DNA of 20,000 nt. Origin: Atractiella rhizophila (lineage: Eukaryota). This document shows positions 19,636-20,000 of this stretch, one piece after another. The translations under genes were made by a program, and so were the position numbers. The stretch covers positions 44,635 to 64,634 of the forward strand of contig MU271444.1 in assembly GCA_021432655.1 (NCBI GenBank), written 5' to 3'. How positions within the stretch are numbered: position 1 is the first letter of the stretch; each line of letters starts with the position of its first letter. The notes under the pieces are model-generated. The model made no database searches and was not told the DNA's origin. It saw only the letters and a program-made list of their open reading frames with translations.

Positions 19636-20000
19636 ATGGACAGCACATCGCCCCTCCCTTCCCCATCATCCCTTCCCCTTCCTCCACCAGACACGCCCCG
19701 TCCCCGTCTGCCCATCCCCCGCTCATCCACCGTCCATCCCACCTCGTCCTCCTCCGCCGGAGCCTCCTTCCGCCGTTCCCTCTCCCAGCATCACTTCCAG
19801 CAACACTCCTCTAGCGGAGGAGGCGCAGGCATACCCCGTTCAAGGAGCGGAGACGCGAATAGGCCACTTCGCAGTGGGAGCGTGGGCGCGTCGGTGGGCA
19901 GTTTGGGGAGCCCTCCGACGTCGCCGAGGATGAGTATGAGCTTTGGGGGATTTGGAGAGTTGTTGAGTACGGGGAGGAAGGGGAGTTTGGGTGGACGGGT
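19636..20000 (+). CDS. 5' end of a gene with a Ser/Pro/Gly-rich low-complexity N-terminus; runs off the window; function unknown
   Basis: ATG at 19636 opens a stop-free frame to the window end (MDSTSPLPSPSSLPLPPPDTPRPRLPIPRSST...SPPTSPRMSMSFGGFGELLSTGRKGSLGGR). It is missing from the ORF track, probably because it has no stop within the window. Confidence 0.65.
   Translation, partial: MDSTSPLPSPSSLPLPPPDTPRPRLPIPRSSTVHPTSSSSAGASFRRSLSQHHFQQHSSSGGGAGIPRSRSGDANRPLRSGSVGASVGSLGSPPTSPRMSMSFGGFGELLSTGRKGSLGGR

Noticed and set aside
1..20000. tRNA, rRNA, CRISPR arrays or prokaryotic operon structure
   Set aside because: None seen; the sequence is clearly eukaryotic with spliceosomal introns.

Overview
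A gene-dense, intron-rich eukaryotic window with short (~45-70 nt) GT-AG introns, most likely from a basidiomycete fungus. Manual splice reconstruction gives, in order: an MFS transporter (-); a CPA-family cation/H+ antiporter (+); a diverged, 5'-truncated tandem copy of that antiporter (1.67 kb duplication); a GFA/CENP-V-like gene (+); a 13-exon MP88-like secreted mannoprotein (+); a short VPS51 (+); unknown gene A (-); RPL11 (-) head-to-head with SmB (+); OHCU decarboxylase (-); unknown gene B (+); and the start of a Ser/Pro-rich gene running off the right edge. The main observation is that genes A and B, which look unrelated in the ORF track, are distant paralogs once spliced. They share a ~100-aa domain I do not recognise (WD..YP..IxFxPRS..NxWL..C..C..KRPAVIRxHLAxC..LxRLCxLQxDA), followed by a basic patch and an acidic or low-complexity tail. 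This is a candidate new C2HC zinc-finger regulator family, arranged divergently around three housekeeping genes. All gene models were read by eye without homology searches, and exon boundaries need RNA-seq confirmation.
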